Origin: Psilocybe cubensis
Lineage: Eukaryota
Length of the DNA stretch: 64,000 bases
Direction: 5' to 3'
NCBI GenBank assembly: GCA_017499595.2
Contig: CM039007.1
Location: forward strand, 496,001-560,000
Below, piece after piece: positions 1 through 12,202 of this stretch. The notes under the pieces were generated by a model. That model was not told the DNA's origin. It saw only the letters and a program-made list of their open reading frames with translations, and did not search any database. The stretch's first letter is position 1; every line of letters begins with the position of its first letter. The position numbers were made by a program, and so were the translations under genes.

Positions 1-146
1 ATATCAAATTAAAACGAGAGGCTGTATCTCCACAAGCAGAGACGGAAGCTCCACAGGTAGAAGCGGAAGCCTCTCAACCAACCAAGCGGAAAAAAGCCGT
101 AGCTCCTCGTCGTCCTTCAAAAAAGGCAAAGCAGGATGAATTATGA
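1..146 (+). CDS. 3' end of tyrosine recombinase A (partial)
   Basis: Reads ...IKLKREAVSPQAETEAPQVEAEASQPTKRKKAVAPRRPSKKAKQDEL* (TGA 144-146); same as the end of the complete copy at 12840-16540. Confidence 0.85.
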   Translation, partial: IKLKREAVSPQAETEAPQVEAEASQPTKRKKAVAPRRPSKKAKQDEL

Positions 147-400
147 CTATTAATTGGTATTTTTGACGCTCTTCCTTATGTACTTGACTGTACTAGTTTA
201 TCTTTCATAGTTTGTGTATATTTATGCAGACAGAGTAGCCGCAGACAACCATGATTGTAAAGTTTCAAATAACAAGATAATAATGAATACTTAATGCCGC
301 AGCAGCTATGCAACTTGCTTTCGTTTAAACTCTCCTTTAACTCGTCTTGATTTCAAACACACATCTTGCAATCCAACACAACAATTGCTGCATTTTCAAC

Positions 401-2254
401 ATGGGAATAAATGGACTTTCAAAGGTGCGTACAACGGAATAATGTTAGGTATAGTCTTACAGTGTCAAGATAGGCGATTAAACCCATTGAGGAAAGAGCA
501 TCTCTATACGAGAGTGCCTCTAAGGTTTCTATGGTGGTCCTCTACGAATTCTTTTCATGAAGCTGTGTTACTTTTTAAAGTATCCTGCTATCATGGTCTT
601 TGTGTACGATGGACCGGGACGTCCAGCACTCAAGCGTGGTCGTCGTGTCCAAAATTCTCCACCATTCTGGACAGCTCCCTCTATGGACATAGTACAAGCG
701 TTTGGATATTATGTCCACCAGGTATGCCATAATTTATTCTATTGAATAACACTAGTAGCTAAGTTTTGACGTTGCCTTGTTTAGGCACCCGGTGAGGCTG
801 AGGCCGAGCTTGCTATGCTCAATCAACACGGCCTCCTTGATGCAGTCATCACAAGTGACAGTGATGTTTTTGTGTTTGGAGCGACTACAGTCTATCGCAC
901 GTATGTAGACAATGTTATCAAATTGATTGAATTGGGATTGAAATCATGATAATAGCATCCCGGCCAAAACAAGACGTTTTGAAGATGAAATTGCTGTATA
1001 CACGGCTGAAAACATATCAAATGTTATAGGACTAACAAAGAAAGGTCTCATTTTAGTGGCACTACTTTGTGGAGGAGACTATGACGCAGTAGGACTCGAC
1101 GGATGCGGTCCAGCTACTGCTCTTGGCCTCGCAAAATGCGGATACGGTGAAAGTCTGATTCAAATAGTTCAAACTTTTCACGGAGAGCGATTGACTGCTG
1201 CCATTGCTCAATGGCGTTTGGACCTTCAAAAGGAACTTTTCTCAAACTCCAGTGGACATCTGAGAGGAAAGGAGCGATCACTGGCCAAAAGCATTCCTGA
1301 TTCTTTTCCCAGCCTTGATACACTCTCACTCTACTTGGAACCTGTAGTATCTGCCGGTGCTTCGTCCCATCTTGCTCCTGTTTATGACTTTAGGCACAGA
1401 GAACCATCTTTGAATCGTCTTGTTATGGTGTCATCGACTCATCTGGGGTGGAATACAGAAGAAATTATAAAGGACAAGTTCAAGAGAAATGTATGGGAAG
1501 GTGTCTTTCTGCAGATGCTATACTCGGTGAGTTGTCTATACTACGTTTAAATGCAATCGTAGCTGTTATTCATTGATCTGGCATATTACAGAAGTTTATT
1601 CTTTACGACCACACCCAGCAGATCCTTGCCACACCCAATATTCAAGCACGTTTATTCAACCGTAAAATTGCTAATCGAGCTGGTCGTATGGCACCAAATA
1701 CTTCTAGATACCAAGCCAGATTATTGGTATCGGCACAAAACTTCATCGCATTGATGAACCCCTCATTTCAGTCGTCTACTAATTCGGACACATTTCGAGC
1801 TTGGGTCCATATAGATGCCTTACCGGAAAGATTGCTTCAAGGTTAGTTTTGAGACAAATGGTATTTTCAGCGCTTACATTGACCTCTAGAGCTATCTGGG
1901 GATACTAAAACCACACAAAAAGCTGACAAGTCTCGGGTCATGTTTGTTGAAGGATCTTCTGGAGATAGCAGCCAACAAGCAGCTGCATTTCCAGAGCCAA
2001 CCAAGCATCATCGGGGCGGAATTCTTGAAGCCTTGGACCATATGATGGTAGACCTTGAACATATCAAATTATTGCAGGATATTAATCAATAACGGACTGC
2101 TCAGAAGGGAGAATATGCATCCTCAACTACAAGATCCCTGTTGATTGATCCCAATGTCATCGACTTGACAGAAGATTCTGACCATGAGAAGAGATCTATA
2201 TCTATCCCATCTTCGCTGCCTGAAACTGAATGCTCAATAATTGATTTGACTTAG
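401..2254 (+). pseudogene. XPG/Rad2-family (GEN1/Yen1-like) nuclease of element A, with N-terminal deletion/frameshift
   Basis: Motifs MGINGL, VFVYDGPGRP..KRG, APGEAEAELAMLN, VITSDSDVFVFGA and LLCGGDYD..GLDGCGP (H3TH). Relative to paralogue B, ~154 nt including GVDIS are missing at ~525 and the frame shifts. Ends NVIDLTEDSD...SIIDLT*. Confidence 0.75.
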
Positions 2255-2336
2255 TTATGCTTCCAATATGAAGACACGGACATCATCTTTGCTTGTACCT
2301 AGTCAAAGTAGTATGCATTGACTAATCTACCGTATT

Positions 2337-2400
2337 ACTCTACTGTCTGGTATGCAACTCATGACTTGACTCTACTGTCTGGTATGCAACTCATGACTTG
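2337..2400 (+). repeat. Perfect 32-bp tandem duplication downstream of XPG-A
   Basis: actctactgtctggtatgcaactcatgacttg x2 (2337-2368, 2369-2400). Confidence 0.95.
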
Positions 2401-3957
2401 ATGGTCGGGAAAGGCTTTGATCATATTAATCTGCTTCACTAATCTGCTTTGTTTCGATGAGACTCAATAATCGATGGGCACATTGCAGGGTGCAGGGCAG
2501 AGTGCACAGAAGCAGATGATGATGGAAATGGGATGTGCACACACGGGGTATACTTGCACGACAGAAAAAAGTGGTCCTGCACATAAAGACGGCATTGTAC
2601 AGTACGACTCAACTTAGAATGAGGCCGGTGGGGTATAGCAGTGTAGGAAAGGAAGAGGGTGAAAAACTATGGGCAATCCCAGTGTATTTCCATGCCTGAA
2701 AATTCCTGGGCCACCCATGCGAATTGAGGCACAGTATACCGCAATCTCTCCATCACCAGTCTCCCAGGCATTGATGCCTGAGGGCAGCAATGTATGCGAT
2801 AATATGCGGGGCGGAGCCAACAGTGGGCAGGATGGAGATGTGACAGCGGACGGGGCAGGACGGGGCAGAGGTGATGAGGGGGATACACCACAGAGGAGAA
2901 GAAGGCAGGGGGATCCAACTTGGGTGATAAGAGAAATCGACATACGCACCTAGTGTGTCGATTCCATCAACTGCGCCTTACACCTTGCATGGATCCATCC
3001 CAGCAAAAAAAATTAGAGAGTAGTTAGCACATAAGAAAGGATGAAAGAGAGCCTGCCGGCAACGGTGTATGACCATGCCTGAGGATTCCCAGTGTGCCGG
3101 CAGGCAGAAATAAAAAGAGAGGAAAGAGTGCTCACAGACCTGTATGCTCCCAGCGCGAGCTAAGACCCACGCAATCAAATGTATCTCGCGGGAGGCCACT
3201 GGGATAAACACGGGGGGAAAGTGCAATACAATCACCCATCGCGTGGACATATGTCAGGAAGAACAAAGGAAGAGACTGGACGAGTTTCTGCTTACCTTAC
3301 TCACACACGCAACGCCACCATGCAATGCGGGAGCAAAGTGCGACGCGACACGACGTGATTTGGATGTCGAGTCTCTACCCACAAATACTAGTAAGTTGCT
3401 CACCTTATTTTCTCTTCCTTACCCCACCACCATAGCGCGGGAGATAAGGCCAATATGTACGACGCGACACGACGTGCCGGCCTTCGGGGTGCGTGTTTGG
3501 ATGTCAAGGGCGCCGTGTCGCACTATTTGACGCCCTGCCGCGCGACTTGTGACGCAAGACTGCAGAAACTCCAAAAACAAGGTAGAGTGGCAGAAATAAA
3601 CAAAGAAAATAGATTACTCACGATTGGAGAAGTGTGACGCAAGGGAGAAACACGAATCAACGCGCATTGCATAGAGCTCGCCCCATGCTGAATCGCCTGG
3701 TTGAATCGCATGGTGCCATAATGTCTCTCTCAGCGGTGTCAAATGTACACTCGTACACTCACCTTATTGTCACATTCTATTTCCACCTCTCCTCCACACA
3801 CAATGCCCTTCCTGCAACGCGAAGCGACGCGCAGTCGCGAGAACTCCGCCATCCAAGCGATGCCATGCAAATCGGGTTCGGATGTTCGGATTGGGTCGAG
3901 GGCGGCCGTTCAAGCTACCTATTGAGGCAAAGGACGGCGTCGGGGGTCGAAATTCTT

Positions 3958-4273
3958 GTGACCTGAGCGGTCGAAGTCGCGCCAAACATTGGTGACCTGG
4001 GAGTGACGAGCGGCGAGCGATCGAGGGGCGGGTCCCAGCGAGCGGAATGGAGGTGAAGGGACGAGTAAGAAAACGAAAGGGAAAGTCAACAAAAGCCGCG
4101 GCTGACTCAGCTTAGCTAATCATTCCCGGTGACCCAAAGCGGGTGACCGGGTCCCCAGGTCACAGGGAGTTCGCTATAGAACGAGGAGACCCCAGTGGCC
4201 TTTCTAAGGGTCCGGTCACAAGGGTTTTGTGACCGCCTGCCAAAATTGGCGGGCAGTCACCAGAGTTGGTGAC
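3958..4273. other. Putative recombination (att-like) junction A|B
   Basis: Core GTTC-gctata-GAAC at 4169-4182. GTGAC/GTCAC boxes at 3958, 3992, 4003, 4129, 4143, 4159, 4215, 4229, 4256, 4269. Inverted repeat cggtcacaa-N5-ttgtgaccg at 4213-4235. Confidence 0.8.
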
Positions 4274-5432
4274 TTCGCTAGGGACTCAAAGTGAGCTTTA
4301 TGCCGGTTCGGCGATTGTAAATCAGCCGTGCCTCGCCCTATCTCTACACAAGCTCTGTCAGCGACCACCGCCATCACCATGCCTGTCCCCCCAAACCGTC
4401 CAAGCTCACGTACACAACTGGATTTCTTCGATAAACCGCCGCTCATCAACCCTCAGTTGGCAAGACTCAAGCCAACACCATCTAGACCAACTGCAACACC
4501 GTCTAAACCAACAAGACTGCCAATTCAAACACTAACACGCTTTCAAACGCTAACACGCTCGCCATGCACTCTCAATTCCTATATACCTTCGTTGCTCACA
4601 AGCCCCGCTATAGAGGTGGAGGGTTTGAAACTGCTCACAACGGTGGTCTGAATATAATCAAGTCAGGTACGTTATTCAATATTATGTCGATCCTTCACTT
4701 ATTGATTGTGGAAGCAGCGCAGGCAGCAGTGCTCTTCTTGCACGGCCCTCACTGTCCCACGGACAATCACCGCCCTCTGTGTTTGAGTTGCCATTGCGCA
4801 AACACTGTCTTTTTGGGCATCAGACCCACGGGTGTTCTACTACCCTCGTTCTTGCATCTCAACCATCACATTGTCTTTCCTTGCGCATCTCAAGTCTCAC
4901 GCGCGCTGTGGTGTCTATTTTCTCTCACAAAAGCACACAATCCTGTTGTCGCCATCTTACTGTCTTGTTCAAAGTCGGTTTGGATCACACGTTGGAAAAC
5001 CAGAATTGTCATTGTGAGTATTTCAAGATTCCTCTATTTTTTGACACAGATGCTCAAATGCGACACCAATTAACACCAATAGTTCAGATTGATCACAGCA
5101 CAGATTGCGCGCAGTGTCAATTGAGTACTGCACAGCAGGAACTAGTGGGAATTGAAGGCGGTTGGCATTTTTGGGACGGTCTTGGTTTCTTTTCGTAAAT
5201 CATGTTGCTTTCATTGTATTCTCTACTCACGGGGACCAAATACAACATTTACATCGAATTATAGCTCGGGAATCCAACACAGGCCTCAATTACCATTCAG
5301 GGCATTTGTAATCAACATTCTATGTGCCTTTATTCAACAATGAAACTTGGGCCACCCGTTGAAGCATATAACTTGCATTTTATGTTTTCGCTCTTTCTTA
5401 TTTTTCCTCGCTAACAGCCTGTCTACATACTC

Positions 5433-8400
5433 ATGGATGGTACTTCTTTTGAGCCTGATCCCCTACTTTCTGAACACAATGATTTGCTTTATCCATCCCG
5501 GACCTTGGATGGCACAGTTGTCTCAACTCTTGAAGAGTACTCTGCAGCACTGTATGGTTTCTTTTTCTCAACCAAATTTGACTTGTTGATGTTTCTTTTA
5601 GTGACACTATACGACGGAAAGAGCGTTTGAGGGAAGCATGCAGCAACCTCCATCTTTCAGTCCCTAAAAGTGCTAATTTAGAGCGCCTTCGTTCAGCTCT
5701 CAAATTATACTGGTCGGTATATTTTTCAGTTTGTGGTAGTTGATCCTTTTTATTGACTTCTGTTTGATAGGTTTCCGCTGGATAGCAGTGCCGATACTGC
5801 ACCTACTACTATCAATACTGTGAATGAAGCCACCGAAAATCAAGCTGACATTGAAGATCAACATCTTTCCGCACAATCCCACAATATCATTGACGATGGA
5901 GCTCTTATTTCACACTTTTCGGTTGAAGGTGCAGCAGCTGATGAAATACTAGGATACGACGAGGACAATGAGTTACTTGATGAGGATGATGAATTTGGAG
6001 AAGATCTCGACAACAATGAAGACGACATCATGGATACTAGCGATGACTTTGAACAATTTGTTACTCAGACACGGGTTGACGAGGCTAAAAGATCGGAGAA
6101 AAATCGACGAGCAGGTGGCGTAAAAACACAGTCGGCAGTTGTAAGAGACTGGAAGGTATGGTATCATGTTTTGCTAAAGCTGTACTCAGCTCATGTATTC
6201 TAGATGTTTTGTCGCCAAGCATTGGACAAGGGTGAAATTCAAGATGACATAGTTGACTGTCATCATCTGCTCCTGTATATTCGACATTCAGCAGAGCGTC
6301 CAAAGCGTACTCGCAAGGGTCTTGATATTCCGGGTACTTATCTTGGTGCTGTAAGTTTCACCAGTAACAGATCGTGAACTGTCACTCATACTATCTAGTC
6401 CCAGTTGAAGAAACTCTACTTTGGTGCATTACGGATTCGAAAAATGCAAGAGGCCCTCGATCCAACACTTGAAAAAACTCGGCCCGCTAAGTCTATTCAC
6501 GTTTGGGACTGTATAAAAGGAAGGATGAATGAAGCCTTAAATCGTAGTCGAAAGTGAGTGTTATTTTTTGTATAATCTTGACAGAGTTCTTATCCAGGAA
6601 TCAGTGGCTTAATTCCAGGAGAGGATGCTCCTGATATTGTTGCCAACACGTTTCTGGCAAGTGTAACCGAAGAGCAAATGGCCAAAATAGGTGGAGGGTT
6701 TTTGATGCATCGGGAATGTGAGTTTTTCCATCCAAGACAATTCACTTTGGGTTGAGCTTGATGAGATCTTCCAAGTGCGATCTGTCATTAATGGACATCT
6801 TGCATGGGCAGCCCAAAATGCTTCTGGGAATCGAGGAGACGACTTTCGTGCACTCAAACTTGCGGAACTACAACCATATGTTTTTCTTCACCCCAATAAA
6901 GAAACTGCAGTTGAATGTGTCCTGGGACTTCAAGGCGAAGAGAAAGCTGCTGCTAACCGTGGATTGCGTACAAAAGTTAATCCGGTTTACACAGTATTTA
7001 TTGCACATAAAGATCCAACAATATGCCCGCTTGGTGCCTTTGCGTTTTATCATCATTTCATCCATGATGTAAAGAAGCTTACCGAAGAACTTGATGTTGA
7101 TTGGTCAATCAACAAAAGTTGGAGACAAGTCCGTGTTTTGCATGGCAAGACTTCTCCAACAACCCCTTACCACGAACAGAGTTTGTATAACCTTTACGTC
7201 AAGGCCTTCTCACAGGCCAATTTTATTTCAAAAATCAAGGCTCACCTTCCTCGCCATATTCTTGGTTATAGCCAAGAGAAGATGGGGTAGGTGAACTTGG
7301 TTGAACGTATATCTCAAATCATGATTGTTAACTTGTCAAATCAATTAGCGTCGATGGGGTACACACATCAAGATTGGGATGGGTTCGTGGTGAAACATAC
7401 TTTGATACATACGCTCCAGCAATTCCAAAAGAGGTATTTTTGTTATGACATGTTATGGTTTTTTCTCTTACACCGTTTTCTAGGCCGTTCTCGGTGCTCA
7501 TGGATACAAAACACATGAAGTATATGACCCTCTGTGGCGACGTGTCCATGTTCCAGAGGCATTTTTAAACTTGGTATGCCCTATCGCCGAGGATATTCAT
7601 GCCAAAATTGTGGGAAGAGCCAATTTGTCGGGTGCAGCCAATTATTGGGCAATGGTAATATCGCTCCGCCCATATTTATTCCAGGTTTGCTCTTTGTTAT
7701 CTTTGCTACTCATCACTCATATATATTGTAGTGTGGTGCTGCAATTTACCAGAAGTATCCTGAATCCGCATTATTTCGGCTTCCAGCTTTAGCAAATCCC
7801 CAGGTCCAACACTGGATGAAAACCGAGTATCCAACAAGCCTTGCTCACTTACAAGCTAACGCAGGAAGTACAGTGGATTTGGAACGTATACAAAACAACC
7901 TTCTTCGCCTATCTCTTGAAGAAATGAGGGCGCTTTTAGCAACCCAGGCAGCAGAATTGAAGGAAATGCGTCTTTTAATTCAGCGCCGTACTGATGTTCT
8001 TTCTCCAACCAAGGGATTCTCAAATTTGTCATATCAACATAGTTTAAACGTCTCCAAAGGTATCTTGACTTAACTTGCTATTGATATATTTCTGTGAATT
8101 GATTTTTCAACTATAGTCCCGCAACCTGTATTTACGCTAGCTGTGCCAGAGAGTCCACTGGCTAACAAATCTGCCGGTCATAGTGCTACTAAAAATAGCG
8201 ATGATACGGGAATTTATGTTTTGAATGCTCCAAATGATAGCAAACAACCGGGAAGCCCACTTCGCGCCTTTGCAAATGGATCACCAAAGGTTTCTTCTGA
8301 ATCCCGTTCGCGGACACAAGTTGATCTTGTATTGCCCCATGTTGACGCTTTCTCAAACCCTGGTGTGCCGTCTTATGTTTCTAACACTACTATTGTCTGA

Positions 8401-9150
8401 ATGCTAATAAATCTATGGCCACACATTAGGTGGACCACAACTGTTTTGGCCGCCTGTTCTTGGTCAGAAATCAGTGACGTGGGAGCAAGTCTTTAGACTT
8501 ATCAAGCGACCCGAACTGTTATGGGATGCATGGTGTCCATCAAAGACCCTTAACAAATATACACTCAATGAACAGTGGACATGTTACAATTCTGGCGAGC
8601 CGGTTTTTAATGCTTCGGGTACTCAGACAGGTATCAAGCCTCCACTTCAGCAAGTTGAGCTGCACTTTCAGTCAGCATGGCGAACTAAACCAGCAGTATG
8701 GTTTAATTATCTTTTTCGAGCTGTATACATGGTTTAATCCTTTCCTTTTGTATACTAGGCACGTAAGGCGTGGCAGCGCTTTCGCGAAATTCCGGAGTTT
8801 ATTCATTCCGAGTCTACTTTACGTGGTGTATCCCCACAAATTGTAATCGAAGAGCTTGAAAAATCTGCTACAGGGGGCAATGGCAGAGTGAAGGGACTCT
8901 CAGCAATCACTGATGAAATCTATGCACAACGCATAGCAAAGGCGCAAGCATCAAAAGATGTACGCATATTTTAAAACAAACTTCTGACCACCTCTAAATT
9001 CAATTTTAGGTAATATCTGCTAGTGTTCAAAGCACAAACTCCAATAGCACTCAAAGTGTATCTACAGAGCCGCCCATCGGTAGAAAAAAACGGCAAGCAC
9101 CAGTTGCTCCAAGGAGGCGCACAAAAAATTTAGTTGAACCATCAGCATAG
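5433..9150 (+). CDS. Crypton-type (Ndc10-like) tyrosine recombinase B with C-terminal GCR1_C-like domain, multi-exon
   Basis: GNRGDDFRALKL (R 6832), QGEEKA, CPLGAFAFY, AHLPRH (H 7243, R 7252), SRLGW (W 7380), YFDTYAP (Y 7410). C-terminal TLNEQW...KPPLQQVELHFQSAWR...WQRFREIPEFI...IVIEELE. Short GT-AG introns (e.g. 5552-5601); stop TAG 9148-9150. The start codon is the best guess. Confidence 0.85.
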
Positions 9151-9332
9151 TGTAATCGATGACAGTGTAACCTTACTTAGTAGTATTGAGCCCGCACGTA
9201 ACTTAGTTTGAGAAGTCTCATAATACAATGGTCATACTCTTATATCAACAATCCAATCTGAGTTATTTGACATCTCTTTTATCCATACACACAACACAGC
9301 GGCAAATCACATTGACAAGTTGATAATTGACA

Positions 9333-11148
9333 ATGGGAATTAATGGGTTATGGCCAGTAAGAACCATTCAATGTCATGTCTGAGTCTTGGTGTGCTGAGT
9401 TGGCTACTACAGACAATCAAAGAAGCGGAAAGCAGGATCTCAATTCTCTCTACTGCTCTTGACCATCGAGAGAGTTCCGGAAAAATTGCGATGAAGCTTG
9501 GGGTTGATATAAGGTATTTCATGGTTTAAAATTTTGATCTATTAGTCTTAATTAGAATCAAAAGCACACTTATGAGCGAGTGTGTTGCAGCACTACAGGG
9601 ACCAACAATCAGTGGCCAATTCTATGGCGGTGCACTGCACATTCTATTCATGAAAATGTGTGAATTCATCAAATATCCCTTGACTCTAGTATTTGTTTAT
9701 GATGGCCCTGGTCGACCTCTCATAAAACGCGGGACTAATGTTCGTGTAAACCAAAGCCCATTTTGGACCAATCCATCTAAAGATATCATTCGGGCATTCG
9801 GATATCACATACACCAGGTATTGCATGCTGTCTGTGTAATTGTATTTAATATTAACTCCAAAATAGGCGCCCGGAGAGGCTGAAGCGGAATTAGCTATGC
9901 TAAACCGTAGAGGATTGATTGATGGAATCATCACTAACGATAGTGATGTTTTTGTCTTTGGCGCACAAACAGTATACCGCACGTAAGAACATTCTTCAAA
10001 CTTGCTCAGTATACTGGATATTGAACATCAAATTTTATTAGCATTCCAACCAAGGAAAGACATTTTGAAGATGAAATGATTGCCTACACGTACTCGCATC
10101 TTTTGGATTTAGGATTAACATCCGGTGGACTTGTTTTATTTGCCCTAGTCTGTGGTGGCGATTACGATTGCGCGGGTCTCAAAGGATTTGGGCCGTCCCA
10201 TGCACATGCTCTTGCATCGTGCGGATTTGGGGATCAGCTTGTCAAAGCATTCCAGACGTTAAGCGGTGTTGCTCTTCAGGATTTTCTCAACCACTGGCGC
10301 ACAGAAATCAAGCATGAATTATTGACAAATTCCCATGGCCATCTACATAGCCGTTCACCTGTCCTGTCCGAACGTCTCACAGAATCTTTCCCCGACCTTG
10401 ACATTCTTGATCTTTACTTGAATCCACTAACTTCTGCCCCAGGTCAAAAATTTCAACCGTGGATTTTACAAGAGCCATCAGTTCCCGGCCTAATTGATGT
10501 TTCGTCGACACACTTGGGATGGCGATCCGAGGATGTACTCAGGAAAAGGTTCAAAGCCAAGGTTTGGGAGGGTATTTTTCTTCAAATGCTTTATTCTGTA
10601 AGTCATCTATTCACATTTACGAGTGCAAAACAAGGTCTCATGCTGCTTCTAGCCCCTCATATTATACGACTCTTCCCGGAAACTTTTCGCTACGCCAAAT
10701 ACCCAAGCTTTGGTTCTGACCTGTAAATTGCTCAAGCGCAAAGGCTGTGTACAACCCAACGCTTCAGAGTTACATGCCCGATTGCTTGTGTCGGCTCAGA
10801 ACTTCGTCACATTGATGGGTTTCCACTCAAACCAATCCAATGAGGTTGACCAATTTCGAGTCTGGGTTCCTCGGAGTATTTTGCCCCAGGAGTTACATAC
10901 TACAGTCGAAGGTAGTTTTATCTAACTGACCTACACATTGTATACTACTAACCACTTGCTCAGGTTCTCAATCCGTAACAAGAATGAAGATAAATCCCAG
11001 TCGAAGGCGCAGACCCAGCAGCAGCAGCTCCACGATGGAAGAACAAAACAATTCCATTCGGCATTTTGAGGTCATTGATTTGACTGACGAGACCGAGGTC
11101 TCGAACATTCAATCTACATCCAATGTTATTGATCTGACTCAGGATTAA
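9333..11148 (+). CDS. XPG/Rad2-family PIN + H3TH nuclease (GEN1/Yen1-like) of element B, multi-exon, apparently intact
   Basis: MGINGLWP, LGVDIS, VFVYDGPGRPLIKRG, APGEAEAELAMLN, IITNDSDVFVFGA, LVCGGDYDCAGLKGFGP; ends FEVIDLTDETEVSNIQSTSNVIDLTQD*. Confidence 0.88.
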
Positions 11149-12202
11149 TTCTGGCTTCAACAGACGTAGCAAGTATGTAACAGCGTAGAAAAGTAACAAA
11201 GAGTAGTGATTAATGTACACAAGGAATTATTTGATTATTTGAAAGCGAGGTCTGCAGTGGTACAGCACAGAATTTCTACCAGATAAACGCTAGCGGTGAA
11301 CGTCTGAGCATTGGGGAGGGGAAGGGGGTGTAGGACTGTTAACTCACAAAAACAATATGCCACTCTACTGCTCAGAAACAACGCCACACCTAAAAGCTAA
11401 CCTCACCGCCAATCACGGTTGATGGCTGGTAACAACTGGCGTGCAGGCATTATAGAGTCTTCTTTCAGGGATAGACAAATGTGACTCCTCCGCATCCATG
11501 ATGGCGGCAGCGTTGGAGTTGTTCAGCATCTCGTGTAGGAGCACAAGCTGGCGATGGCAGAGATTGTGGCGATCCGTGGACGCGCGCCACGACGTAGATC
11601 TCTCTAAGTGGCAACAAAATTCTTCAACTATATTAAACCAGAAAAAGAAAGAAAAACGAACGCACGCTCAACATTGTTCGCAAACTCTCGCACCATACCC
11701 AAATCCCTCCATAGCCACACAAACACACCACCCAGAAACATAAAGAATTTGAAAGCAAGGTCTTCTGTAACACATGGATATGATAAATGTTAGCGGCACA
11801 TGGGAGGAAGAGGAAACTCACAAAAAATAATACAAACAATGCCGCCCAAAAGCTAACCCCCACAAACATCCTTGGGGTCAAGCCTACAATGCAGCGGAGG
11901 CGTACATTAGCCAGTGGGCGAGAAGATATGGGATTAACATCGTTAGATTGTCAGCAGCATTAGTAAAAAGTATACAGTGGAGTTAAAAGAACACCGGGTG
12001 GTAGGCAGTGAGTGTATGACCATGCCTGATCATTCCTCAGCTCCCATCCACCAGTGCACGGAGAAGGGGGGTAGAGCGAGCAAAAAAATGAACAGAGAAC
12101 ACTCACGTTTTGCGCAGATCGGCCGCTCGAATCCAACAAGGAAAGCGGGTGCCCGTGAGCACACGTATTTGGGAATTGACGGCGTTGGGGGACGAAATTG
12201 TT

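Larger units (their letters stand above)
1..4182 (+). mobile_element. Crypton-like element family A, copy 1 (5' part outside window)
   Basis: Matches 16395-20576. Holds the recombinase 3' end, the XPG-like gene and the terminal box cluster ending at core GTTCGCTATAGAAC (4169-4182). Confidence 0.85.

Noticed and set aside
3958-4273. CRISPR-like array from the recurring GTGAC/GTCAC palindromes
   Set aside because: Repeats are 5-13 bp with irregular spacing, in eukaryotic DNA with no cas genes.
5433-11148. Ordinary host genes (kinetochore NDC10, GCR1, or the housekeeping GEN1/YEN1)
   Set aside because: The catalytic recombinase residues are intact, the genes are multicopy in two diverged versions, and they are bounded by a repeated site at which the array ends. 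No gene symbols were assigned.
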